NCBI GenBank assembly: GCA_038087875.1
Contig: CM075994.1
Span: forward strand, 9,860,001-9,924,000
Length of the DNA stretch: 64,000 nt
From: Malacoraja senta
Taxonomy: Eukaryota
Reading direction: 5' to 3'
Positions 11,770 to 21,654 of this stretch are shown piece after piece. A program made the translations under genes and the position numbers. Each line of letters begins with the position of its first letter. Position 1 is the stretch's first letter. The notes under the pieces were generated by a model. It was given only the letters and a program-made list of their open reading frames with translations. It did no database searches and had not been told where the DNA came from.

Positions 11770-11945
11770 TTTTACATTTACCAAGCCAATTTTTTACATT
11801 TACCAATCCTTAGAGTGTGGGAGGAAACCGAAGATTTCCGAGAACATGCAAACTCCGTACAGACAGCACCCGTAGTCAGGATCGAACCCGGGTCACCGGC
11901 GCTGCATTCGCTGTAAGGCAGTAACTCTACCGCTGTGCCACCGTG
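11770..11945 (-). mobile_element. tRNA-derived SINE between the Helitron end and the TRIM start (copy B ~41525-41722)
   Basis: Reverse strand has A-box GGTGGCACAGCGG and B-box GGTTCGATCC. Confidence 0.75.
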
Positions 11946-11946
11946 A

Positions 11947-12021
11947 CGGTCACGTGACCGCCCATATTCACCAGCTCCACTCAGTGAAAATACTTTGAAC
12001 CAGGAAGTGGCGGATTTAAAA
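11947..12021 (+). promoter_or_regulatory. Candidate TRIM copy A proximal promoter: E-box palindrome and ETS-type site
   Basis: Perfect 14-bp palindrome CGGTCACGTGACCG at 11947-11960 and CAGGAAGTG at 12001-12009, just upstream of the ATG. Both are conserved in copy B. Confidence 0.45.
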
Positions 12022-15000
12022 ATGGCTTTGAAACAGCAGGTCGAGAGTTTAACCGAGGAGGTAGTTTGTCCCGTCTGCCTGGATTTCTTCACCGATCCGG
12101 TGTCACTGGAGTGTGGGCACAACTTCTGCCGCTCCTGTATCACACAGAGTTGGGACAGGGAGGGGAGAAACTCCTGCCCGGAATGTAGAGAGGAGTTTAC
12201 AGACCGCACCCTCAGGGTGAATCGGGCCTTGGCGAGACTGTCTGAGAAAGCTCGAGCACTGAGCCTGAATCTCAAAGCGAAGGAAAGTAAACTTCACTGC
12301 GAGAAACATCAGGAAGAACTGAAGCTGTTTTGTGAAACGGACAAGAAACCGATCTGTTTGGTTTCTGCAGCTGGGCGGGAACACAAGTCTCACAACTTTA
12401 TTCCGGTAGATGAAGCTGTTGAAATCTACAAGGTAAAACAAAATGAACTTTGATCACATCATTGTGTAATCTTTTCTTTAATGTCTGATATTTTTATTCT
12501 CTGATATGAAACCCAACCCCAGGAACAGGTGAAATCTACTTTCGAATCTCTCACAGAAAATAAATCAGAGATCGAGCAAATGGAGGAGAAACAGAAAGAG
12601 AGCATTTCTGGAGTTCAGGTGAGGCTTTTTACTATCGATTTAATTATTTTGTGTAGATTTAATCCCGATGATGCGTGTAATAATGGGCACCTCTATAGAG
12701 CTCAGTAGTCGAGGACCCGAGATCTTGGGAGCGGCTGGGCAGCCAAGGACCTTACTCCCTGGAGCGCAGGAGTCTGAAGAATGGTCTATTACAGGTGTAT
12801 AATATCACGAAATGTTAGGGTGAATACTCAGTCTTTTAACCTGAGTAGGGCGTCCAGCATGCGAGGGCATAGGTTTAAGGTAAGAGGGTACATATTTAAT
12901 ACGGACATTAAGGGCAACTTTGTTAGTGGGTCTATGGAATGAGCTACCAGGGGGAGGTAGTTGACTCAGGTACCATAACAATATTTAAAAGATATTTGAA
13001 CAATTTCGTGGAGAGAAAATTTTAGCACCAGGTGGGCCAAATAGCGCAGATTGGACGGCTTGGTCGGTATCTAACACCCCTTGCTGTATGACTCCATGAA
13101 ATCTGTCATTCTAAGTGGTGCTGCTGTCTGCTAGTTCTGGTGACCTGGTTCTGTCCAGTGAGGGTTAACGGACACATGAAATTGAATAGGTTGCAGGGAA
13201 TTGTACTGGGGAAATGGGAATGATGTGATTGTACATTACTTTCACCAAATATTTCAGAATTATTAACACGAGCTCTTGAATTGCCAAGGTAATGAAAACT
13301 ATGGATTAAATACAGGTAAATGGAATTAGTGCAGATACTTACAGAGCCCAGCATGGGCATGTTGATCCGAAGGGCCTATTTCTGCACTTCAGGACTCGAG
13401 ATTCAGTAGCCAAATGTTATCATCCATGTTATGAGAAAACACAGCAGAGTGACATAATATATTGATTCTCATCTTTCATCTGACAGGAAGCGTCACGCAA
13501 CCTTCAGTCACAGACCACATCCCAGTTTGCTGAACTGCACCAGATTCTCACTGAGAAAGAGCAGCGCGCACTCGGAAATATCCGGGAAGATGAGGCGAAG
13601 ATTGTAAAAACAATGGAGAACAATCTTCTAGAGATACAAAAGAATTTAAATTCCATTCAGGAGGAACTCTCAAAGTTACAGGAACAGATAGACCACAAGG
13701 ATGGCATGATATTTCTGAAGGTGAGGGGTTACACTACAGTTTGGTGAAACGAAAGTGCACAGTCACAAAATGGCGGGTTACATTTCTGAAATAAATTCTG
13801 CATTTGAATGAATGAATGAATGAATGAATACGTTTATTGTCATTGCACAATACTGTGCAACGAAATTCCATTGCATCTCCTCCGGTTAAAAAATACAAAC
13901 ACGACAACCATTGACACATATGTACACTTATTAGTAAAAATAATAAATAAGTATTTAAAAACAATTTTAAAAGAATGTTGCATTTCTTGGAATTACATTT
14001 TGCTTCCCCAGTGTTCTCTGTTGGAATTAAGTTATTTTATCGCACATGGGTAGAAACTATTTTTTAGTCTACCTTCAGAGACCCGAATCGCCTCCCAGAG
14101 GGTAGCAGAGTGAAAAGGTGGTTGGCAGGGTGGGATGTGTCCTGCTTGATGTTTATGGCTCGGCGCAAGCATCGGGCCCTATATATATCATCCAAGAAGG
14201 GCAGTTGAGCGTTTGTGATGCTCTGTGCAGTTTTTATAACTCTCTGCAGCGCTCTCCTCTCAGCCACAGTGCAGCTAGCAAACCACACCAGGATGCCATA
14301 GGAGAGGATACTTTCCACGGCGCATCGGTAGAAGGACAGCAGCAGCGGCTGTGAGACGTTTGCTCTCCGCAGAGACCTCAGGAAATACAGCCGCTGCTGT
14401 GACTTCTTCACGAGAGTGACGGTGTTCATTTACCATTTGAGGTCCTGGGAGATGTTTATTCCCAGGAATTTAAAGCCAGTGACTCTCTCCACTATGTCTC
14501 CATTGATGTATAGAGGAGCAGGTTCCTCTCTCCTCTTCCTCCTGAAGTCAACGACCAGTTCTTTTGTCTTTGATGGGTTGAGTACCAGGTTGTTTTTGGT
14601 ACACCAGGCAGTCAGTTTTTGGACTTCATCTCTCTGGGCAGACTCGTCGTTGTTGTGTATCAGTCCCACTACATTCGTGTCGTCCGCAAACTTGATGATC
14701 CTGTTTGTACTGTGTGTTGGTGTGCAGTCATAAGTGTATATTGTATACAAGTTGGGACTCAGCACACAACCTTGTGGCGCTCCTGTGCTGAGCGTCAGGA
14801 CTGGGGAGTAATTGGACCCCATCCTGACAGTCTGTGGGCGATCTGTTAAGAGGTCCTTAATCCATCTGCATGTGTTTGTATTGACACCCAGATCAGACAG
14901 TTTGTCCACCATTCTGCTGGGGATGATTGTATTAAATGCAGAACTAAAGTCTACAAATAACATCCTCACATATGAGCCAGGACGCTCCAGATGTGTCAGT

Positions 15001-18000
15001 GCGGAATGTAGAGCTATGTTGATGGCATCTTCCGTTGACCTATTTGCTCTATATGCAAACTGATGCTGATCCAGGGTGGATGGGAGTGAGGACATAATGT
15101 GGGCCAGGACCAGCCGTTCAAAACACTTCATCACAGTTGAAGTGAGAGCAACAGGTCTGTAGTCATTCAGGCTGGTAATGGATGTTTTTTTGGGTACAGG
15201 CACGTTAGTAGCAGTCTTGAAGCATTTAGGGACAGTGCACGTTGACAGAGAGAGGTTAAAGATGTCCCTAAGAACCTCCGCTAACTGGTCTGCACAGTCC
15301 CACAATACTCTCCCTGGGATGCCATCTGGGCCAGCAGCCTTCCTGGGGTTGACCCTGCGGAGTGCTCTTCTGACATCCTCCGTACTCACAGTGAGTGCCA
15401 GGTCGTCAGTGCTGGGTGCGGCTGCAGGTGGAGACTCCGCCTCATTCAGCTCAAAACGGGCGAAAAAGTGGTTGAGCTCCTCAGCTAGCGAGTTGTTATT
15501 GCTGCTGATGGTCGGCCCCCCCCTTGCCCTTGTAGTTGGTAAGTTGCTGAATGCCCTGCCAGACACGCCGAGGGTCCCTCTCGGCGTGTCTCGGCGTGAA
15601 TTTACCAGTAATTCAGTACTGGGTCAATGTTCCGTCTGTTCCATCTACTCACCACATCCGACAATAATGGCCCAAATTCCAGGAATCCTCATGCATTTAT
15701 CCCACTTCAACTTAAATTTATCTGCAATATTGTCTTCAGGCCACCCTGTGAGTTCCACGTTCTGTTTACTGCATTTCTTGTTAAAGTTATTAAAGGCCAT
15801 CTTATACTTCAGCTTTGATTTTTGGACTCCCCACAAGTAGTGATAATATTTCCAACCCCCACCCATTTAAATCCACCGCTGATCTTAAAATATTCCATCC
15901 CATTATCTCTGACATCTTCTCCAAATAAAATCCCACGACCTGCCAGGTCTTACTCGTAAGTTGCATACTCGCAGTTATTTTCATCGACATTCCTAATGCT
16001 TTCCCCCGTGTTCGATGTATCTACGACAATATCCACTTTCTGTCTGTGTGACAGCGGCAAAGAGTTGGGAAATGGGAATTTTCAGAGGGTTTTTTGTAGC
16101 AATTTGGTGAAATACCCGCTGTCGGGATCATGATCCATCTCAGTCTATTGAGATTTGTGTTTTATTTATTTCAGGAAGAAGCTGGTCGCAAGAGGAGGTA
16201 GGACATGCTTTTGACTGAAACAATGTATGTTTTTATAGTACAGCTGAGAAAAACAGCTAATGCTCAGTTTCTAACCAGCCGTAAAATATTTGCAGGGTTA
16301 GTGATGATTCCAAATCAATGTTGGTTGTAGATGGCGCGATGCCCATTGAAAAGTATGATCGCACCTTTTTCTACTACATGGCATTGAGAGAAACATCTGA
16401 TCTCATCAACCAAGGTAAAACTAATACATTTCCCATTGTTCTTTTTTAAGACATCTTTATGCAATACTTATATGTGAAGATTAATGGTATTAATGGACCC
16501 TGGGGGAAGCATCACAGAGACAGATAGCGAAGTTTGTTTGCACTTGAACAAATCCTTGTTCCTGGGAGAATGGGTTTGCTGTGCTGGGTGAAATTGTGTA
16601 GACTAGGCCTGTGTAGTCGAGAGTTCAGGTGTATTAGCGGAGATCTCAGTGAAACACAAAGTCCTTACAGGGCTCAGTGGGCTGGATGCAGGGAGGATGT
16701 TTCCCCTGTCTGAGGGGTCTGGAGTCAGCAGAAACCCTCTCAGAATGTGGGCTGGACCATTTAGGACAGAGACATTACTGCACGCAGAGACTGGGCAACC
16801 TTTGGAATTCCCTGCACCGATGGCTGTGGATAATCAGTCATGCTGTGCTCTTGGTGCCAGAGAGCCATGGTTATACATTACAGAGTCAGGCCCTTCAGCC
16901 CATCGAGTCCATGTTCACCTTTTTTCCCAGCCACACAAATCCCATTTCCCCACATTAGATCTGTATTATTCTACACCTCGTTTGCTACATCGCAATGCCT
17001 CTTAGATGTAGTGATTACATCTGATTCCACCACCTCCTCTGGTAAAATATTCCAGGTATTAACAACTCTTTGTGTGAAGAAAACTGCGTCCTCCAGTATT
17101 GATATACCTGCATGAGAATAAGGTTTCGATGATCTATCCTGTGTCCTGCTGCAGACTTTGACAGACTTCCTTGGTATCCACAACATTACCCGTTCTACAC
17201 AAACTTACAAGTCACACCTCCTACATTCACATCCAAGCCATGAAAATATAAAATAAACAGCAAAGGTTGCAGCACCGATCTCTGCTGCACACCACCAGTC
17301 ACAGACCTCCAGGCAGCAAAATCATCCTTCTACCGCTACCTTCTACCTCCAACCACCAAGTCAATTGTAGGTCCATTTTACCAACTCGTCTTGGATCCCA
17401 CCTGCATTCGATTTCTAGACCAGCCTTACATGCAAAACATTGTCAAGTCACTCAGTGAAGTTCATATATTGCTTCACAATGACATCAGAATGTTCTTGGT
17501 TGTACCGACGCACCAATTCCACTCTCTAGTAAAGAAAGCAAGTAAACAGTAGCAGATGGCCTCGCCCGTCCAGTCCACTCCCGTTCAGTATGATCACGCA
17601 ACTCCACCCCACATGTCTACATCCTCTGTAACCACCTCTAGTTACCACTCACACCCATCTCCTCATCTTCCAATCTGCCTCTCCCTCGCCATCTACTGGC
17701 AAGATACTTAAATACCGCCTTATTTCTCCATCTCCACCCGCAATGTCTCGTTCATCCTCACTTTCCGCATTCGTTTTCCCCGTTCGCACGCCTCGCCCCC
17801 TCCCGTTCCCGATAACCCGCGGAATTCCCCCTCTCCTGGCCGGTTGACAAACTCCAGGAAAGATGCCTGTTGTCCATTCGATGTGGTTGGGGTGAAACCC
17901 CGGGTAAGGTTTCAGTTGTCCGCCCGCTTGTGCCTGTGCCCGAGTCTCCCCCCGACCCCCGGGGACTCTCTGATTCTCTGCTTCTCCCCCCCCCAGTCTC

Positions 18001-18529
18001 CGTCACGCTGGATGTGGAAACAGCGCATGCGCAGCTCGAGGTGTCTGAGGATCGGAAGAGGGTGAGACGGACCGGGACCCGGAGTAGTCTCCCTGACACC
18101 TGGAAGACGTTTACATACTGGGAGTGTGTGCTGGGATCGGAGGGATTCACATCGGGGAGACATTACTGGGAGGTGGAGGTGGCGGGGAGTCGGTACTGGA
18201 GTCTGGGAGTCGCCGCAGAGTCTGTGGAGAGGAAAGGAGAGGACGAGCTGACCCCGGAGACTGGAGTCTGGAGGATCGGGCAGGATGATGGCGAGTTTCA
18301 AGCATTCACCTCCCCTCCATTCCCTCTCCCCGCCCGTCCCATCCCCGGGAGGGTGGGAGTTTATCTCAGTTACGAGTCCGGGACAGTTTCATTTTACGAC
18401 GCGGACACCAAGTCCCATCTCCACACCTTCACTGGGAATAAGTTCACGGAGAAACTTTATCCTTTATTCGAGACTTGGGATGTAAACGAGTGGCTGAGAA
18501 TGTGCTCCGGTTCCGCTCCGGGTGTATAA
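12022..18529 (+). CDS. TRIM E3 ligase (RING, B-box2, coiled coil, PRY/SPRY B30.2; RFP/TRIM27/TRIM39-like), copy A, 6 coding exons, 471 aa
   Basis: Exons 12022-12432, 12523-12618, 13487-13720, 16175-16197, 16296-16414, 17997-18529, all with GT-AG boundaries. Lengths 411+96+234+23+119+533 = 1416 nt, in frame with no stop. RING CPVC..CGHNFC..C..CPEC, B-box CEKH..FCETD..H..H, B30.2 VTLDVETAH..GRHYWEVEV..GVYLSYESG. The 96/234/23-nt middle exons are typical of class IV TRIM genes. Confidence 0.93.
13806..15599 (-). mobile_element. Rex1/Babar-clade LINE, 5'-truncated, in TRIM copy A intron 3
   Basis: RT ORF 14430..15566 (DYRPVALTS..MKCFERLV, DFSSAFNTI, PQGCVLSP, KFADDT) plus frameshifted 14064..14429. 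(TTCA)n tail, ATTT duplicated at both ends, empty site at ~43596. Confidence 0.92.
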
Positions 18530-18667
18530 AAGGGTCGGGTCCCGGGACCGGCGTCAGGAGCGGGGCTCAGGTGCTGTGGGGCAGAAACCCGGTGGACAAC
18601 AGGTCGGCGCTGAACGGCTCCCATTTAATCCCGAAATTCCGCGGGGTGAAACCCCAGTGAGCGCGAA

Positions 18668-18710
18668 AATAAAACCAGAGGGAATGTAAATGTGGGAAGA
18701 GTGAAATAAA
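18668..18710 (+). terminator. Two candidate AATAAA polyadenylation signals of TRIM copy A
   Basis: AATAAA at 18668-18673 and 18705-18710, 140-180 nt after the stop. Both are conserved in copy B (46677-46682, 46714-46719). Confidence 0.55.
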
Positions 18711-19054
18711 CAGCAACTGAAATCAGAGCCGTCTGTCGATCCGTTCCTTTTAACGCGTTAACCGCGTCCGGCAACGGAACAGAAATTACTTTTGTGAAAA
18801 TATAAAGATTGAAACAATCGCCCTTCCCGCGGGTTCAGCAGCAACCGCGGGCGGCGGGTGCTGAGCTCCGGGCTCCCCCGTGTCCTAAAGTTCGCCGACT
18901 CTGTTAATTTACAACGTGTTTGCAGCATTTGCTCTCCACACAACAGATTCGTTTTCCTCGGAACGGATCTTGGGAAGAATGGGTTCAAACCGAATTCCCG
19001 TTTCCAGGTGGGAGCCCGTTGTGCTCAGGCTCTGCCTGTCTCTCTGTAGGATTC

Positions 19055-19214
19055 TGTTGTGTATTTGGTACTTGGAACTGACTTTAAATAACACTCAGAC
19101 ACGGGAGTAAAACTAACAAGCTTCTTAATTCCAGGACGTCACCTTGAGTCTCTCCTGCACATGCGTACCACTGCGCAAGGCATCAAATATGTTAATTACA
19201 TTACATACCTAACA
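19055..19214 (-). repeat. Putative 3' LTR (160 bp), copy A
   Basis: Begins TGTTAGG immediately after the PPT and ends ..ACACAACA, giving TGTT/AACA inverted termini. Same length in copy B (47053-47212). Confidence 0.65.
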
Positions 19215-19479
19215 CTCCTCCCCCTTTAACTTGGAGGCAGGTAACACCATTTCTATTACATACACAGCACTCCTCCCCTTTTAACTCAATTTCACCTTCA
19301 CGGTATATGCTCTTTACCTAACATATAATTGATTAATATCGGTTGCAAAATTGTATTATTACTGTCATCTTACAATACATCCTCATAACTGGAATAATCA
19401 TATCTAAACTTAGCACTTATACTTTTTTCATTCCACGCATCTTCCTTAAACAAAATATATTATCCCTTGCTTTATGTGT

Positions 19480-19960
19480 TATCCTTTTCTGTTCCCTTAT
19501 GTGTAAATTGCGCACTCTTTTTAATCGCTCCAACTCTGCCTGTATCTCTGCCTCTTCCCATTTTTAAATGTCCAAATCTAATTTTGCAGATTTTTTCCTG
19601 TTGCTGTTCATTATTTGTAGGTGGCAGCTGACACATGGCTGCAGGTTTTCGTTTTGCTAGCAGCTTCCGTTGTCGCTCAATTTCCTCGCGCTGCATATGT
19701 ATCTGCTCTTGCTGTTTAATGAGATTCTGCAATGCATAACCATTTGTCCATTGCTCAGTGAAGGAGGCTCCACACTGGACTATAGTGAAGTGCCTAGTCG
19801 CATTCTGTCCTGCATACTTTTGTCTCGACCGACAAGCCTCTCTTCTTTAGACTTTTCTATTAGCAGCTTTTTACTCATTATCACACATTTATTTAACCGT
19901 TCTTTGTATCGTTTAAGCCTTTTCTGTTGTTCATCTATTTGTCTTCTTAAGCCACATTTC
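19480..19960 (-). pseudogene. TLK2: Captured intronless Tousled-like kinase (TLK2-like) coiled-coil fragment, copy A
   Basis: [75 protein letters not shown] and, after a frameshift, [22 protein letters not shown] closely match my recollection of TLK1/2. RDKS, LIKQQ, REEI and AM.Q.PP favour TLK2. No kinase domain and no introns. Confidence 0.85.
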
Positions 19961-19964
19961 TGGT

Positions 19965-21030
19965 TCTTCATCAAGAAGTAGGATCTATATTGTCTTTGCA
20001 ATATAACTGTGGCTTTGATTTGTGCTCTGTATAGTTTTCTTGCTTCATAAGCAAGGTAGTGAGACTGCACTACAATTTCTGTATAATTCAGTTTGAGGAA
20101 GTCTTTCCTATATCTGTTAAGCCTTTTGTATCGTTTAAGCCTTTTCTGGTGTGCATCTATTTGTCTTCTTAAGTCTTTCCTATACCAACTCATACGGAGT
20201 ACTGACTGTACTTTTATAGTAGCCCCCTTTTGCTTAACCCACTGCCTAACCACCATACCCTTGTAGGCAGCCTGAATGGTAATGGTTGCATACCCATTGA
20301 CTGATATTGCACAAACTGGGAATGCCCTATTTTGCATGCTTTGTACCATCTCTGGATCGAAATGACTGCTTGTCGCATAGCTCTATAGCGTACCCTTGAT
20401 CGGTAACCACAGTATGCAGCTTGCAGCTTGCAGAGTGACTACAGCCGCCTTTTGCATCAAGAATGATTTCTTGCAATGCACATCTTTATGAATGAATTAA
20501 TATGGCGTGCTGCCTTGATTTTCTCAACCAATTCTCTGGCTTTAATCCCGCGGTAGAAGGGCTGAATACAAACCACTGCTTTTCTCAAACTATTATAATG
20601 TCGCACTTGGACATCTCTTATCTGGCAAGCTCTGTATCGTTGCTGTACCGCAATGGCAGACCAGCGTAGTTTCTTGAAATACTGACGCTGTTTATGCATC
20701 TGATAATAAGTCTGTATGACCTTGGCAGACTGCAATTGCTATCGAACACCCATTCCTCGGTAGGCAGCCTGAAGCAGCACAACATTGCTGCGTACCTTCA
20801 TGTAAGTCTTGCGATCACTTTCCATTTGAAGATGTGCCGTATAATGGGTTTGTTCTATTATAGCTGCCAATCTCATTGCCCTGTATGGACGGTATACTCT
20901 GTGCATTCTAAATGCTGCTTGTATTACCGTTGCTGCCTTCTGTTTGTTCCGGATCTCTCTCCGTACCTTCATACCCCTGAATGCAGCTTGAATAGTTATG
21001 GGTTGCCCTCTGGATGGCAATGTTCCTTTG
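19965..21030 (-). pseudogene. ASPM: Captured ASPM-like IQ-repeat fragment, copy A
   Basis: Run of ~23-aa IQ motifs ([78 protein letters not shown]) with the periodicity of the ASPM IQ array. Contains stops and frameshifts. No CH or ASH domains and no flanking exons. Confidence 0.8.
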
Positions 21031-21219
21031 CACTTGACTTTTGTCCACTTGACTTTTGTCCCTTTGCCCTTGACCTTTTTCCACTTGACTTTTGTCCCTT
21101 TGCACTTGACTTTTGTCCACTTGGCCTTTATCCACTTGACCTTTTCAGTTTGCACTTGACTTTTGTCCTTTGAGGGACTCTCTGCCCTCTTTAGTTCAGG
21201 CTCCTTGCCTCTGAGTGCC

Positions 21220-21479
21220 CTTGGAGGTTTTGGCGAGAAATGAGCCATTAATGCCTCCTTACACTCCTCGTACGTTTTATCCGTGGGCTTTGCTGGCCGC
21301 TGTAACGTACGTAAGGTGTGATAACCCTCTCTTCCTGAGCCTAATATGAACCATGCTCTCTTCTTCTCCTCTGCAGTGATATCATTGGAAATGAAAGAAG
21401 CCTCCAAGACTTCAGTCCATTTCTCAAAATTACACCCAGAATCTAACTGGGGCAACTTTCCTACAATTTGAAAAGCCAT
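21220..21479 (-). pseudogene. Ty3/Gypsy-type Gag N-terminal domain fragment (copy B 49325-49579)
   Basis: First ~86 aa of ORF 20739..21479 match the recalled pattern W..LE..F..N.I...KKRA.....G...Y..L..L..P.KP.DK.Y.E....L..HF.PK of vertebrate Gypsy Gag. Confidence 0.75.
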
Positions 21480-21654
21480 GTTACCCTGTTGCTATTCAGG
21501 TGCACTATCTTCTGTTCGCTCACTGTGTTTTCTGCCCTGAACGTAATCCTTTTACATTCTAAGAAATTATCCAGCCCACTGACTATTACTAGTTCTTATA
21601 ATAATAGATTTATACTAATAAACCAGCATTTCCTGTTAATAGCCAACTAGAACA

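Larger units (their letters stand above)
19055..21654 (-). mobile_element. Non-autonomous Ty3/Gypsy-like LTR element with Gag-N::ASPM::TLK2 chimeric cargo, copy A (5' LTR not visible)
   Basis: Minus-strand order: Gag-like N-terminus from ATG 21479 (WTEVLEASFISNDI..KKRAWFI..G..YHTL..P.KPTDKTYEE...L.AHFSPK), 15/21-nt repeat linker, IQ motifs, TLK-like coiled coil, polypurine tract AAAGGGGGAGGAG (19227-19215), then a TGTT...AACA LTR. No pol motifs seen. Confidence 0.75.

Noticed and set aside
11995..12021. Upstream TTG start of the TRIM ORF and read-through past exon 1 (VKQNEL)
   Set aside because: The upstream frame is not conserved in copy B. ATG 12022 and the AG|GTAAAA donor are conserved in both.
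15610..16030. Short minus-strand ORFs conserved in intron 3 of both TRIM copies
   Set aside because: Conservation is explained by the duplication. They look like an old L1 C-terminal remnant, but too weakly to call.
17870..17996. N-terminal part of ORF 17870..18529 as coding
   Set aside because: It is intron 5, ending in a pyrimidine tract and CAG at 17996; not open in copy B.
19480..21030. Genuine ASPM or TLK2 loci
   Set aside because: Only partial, intronless, disrupted pieces joined to each other and to Gag; kinase, CH and ASH domains are absent.
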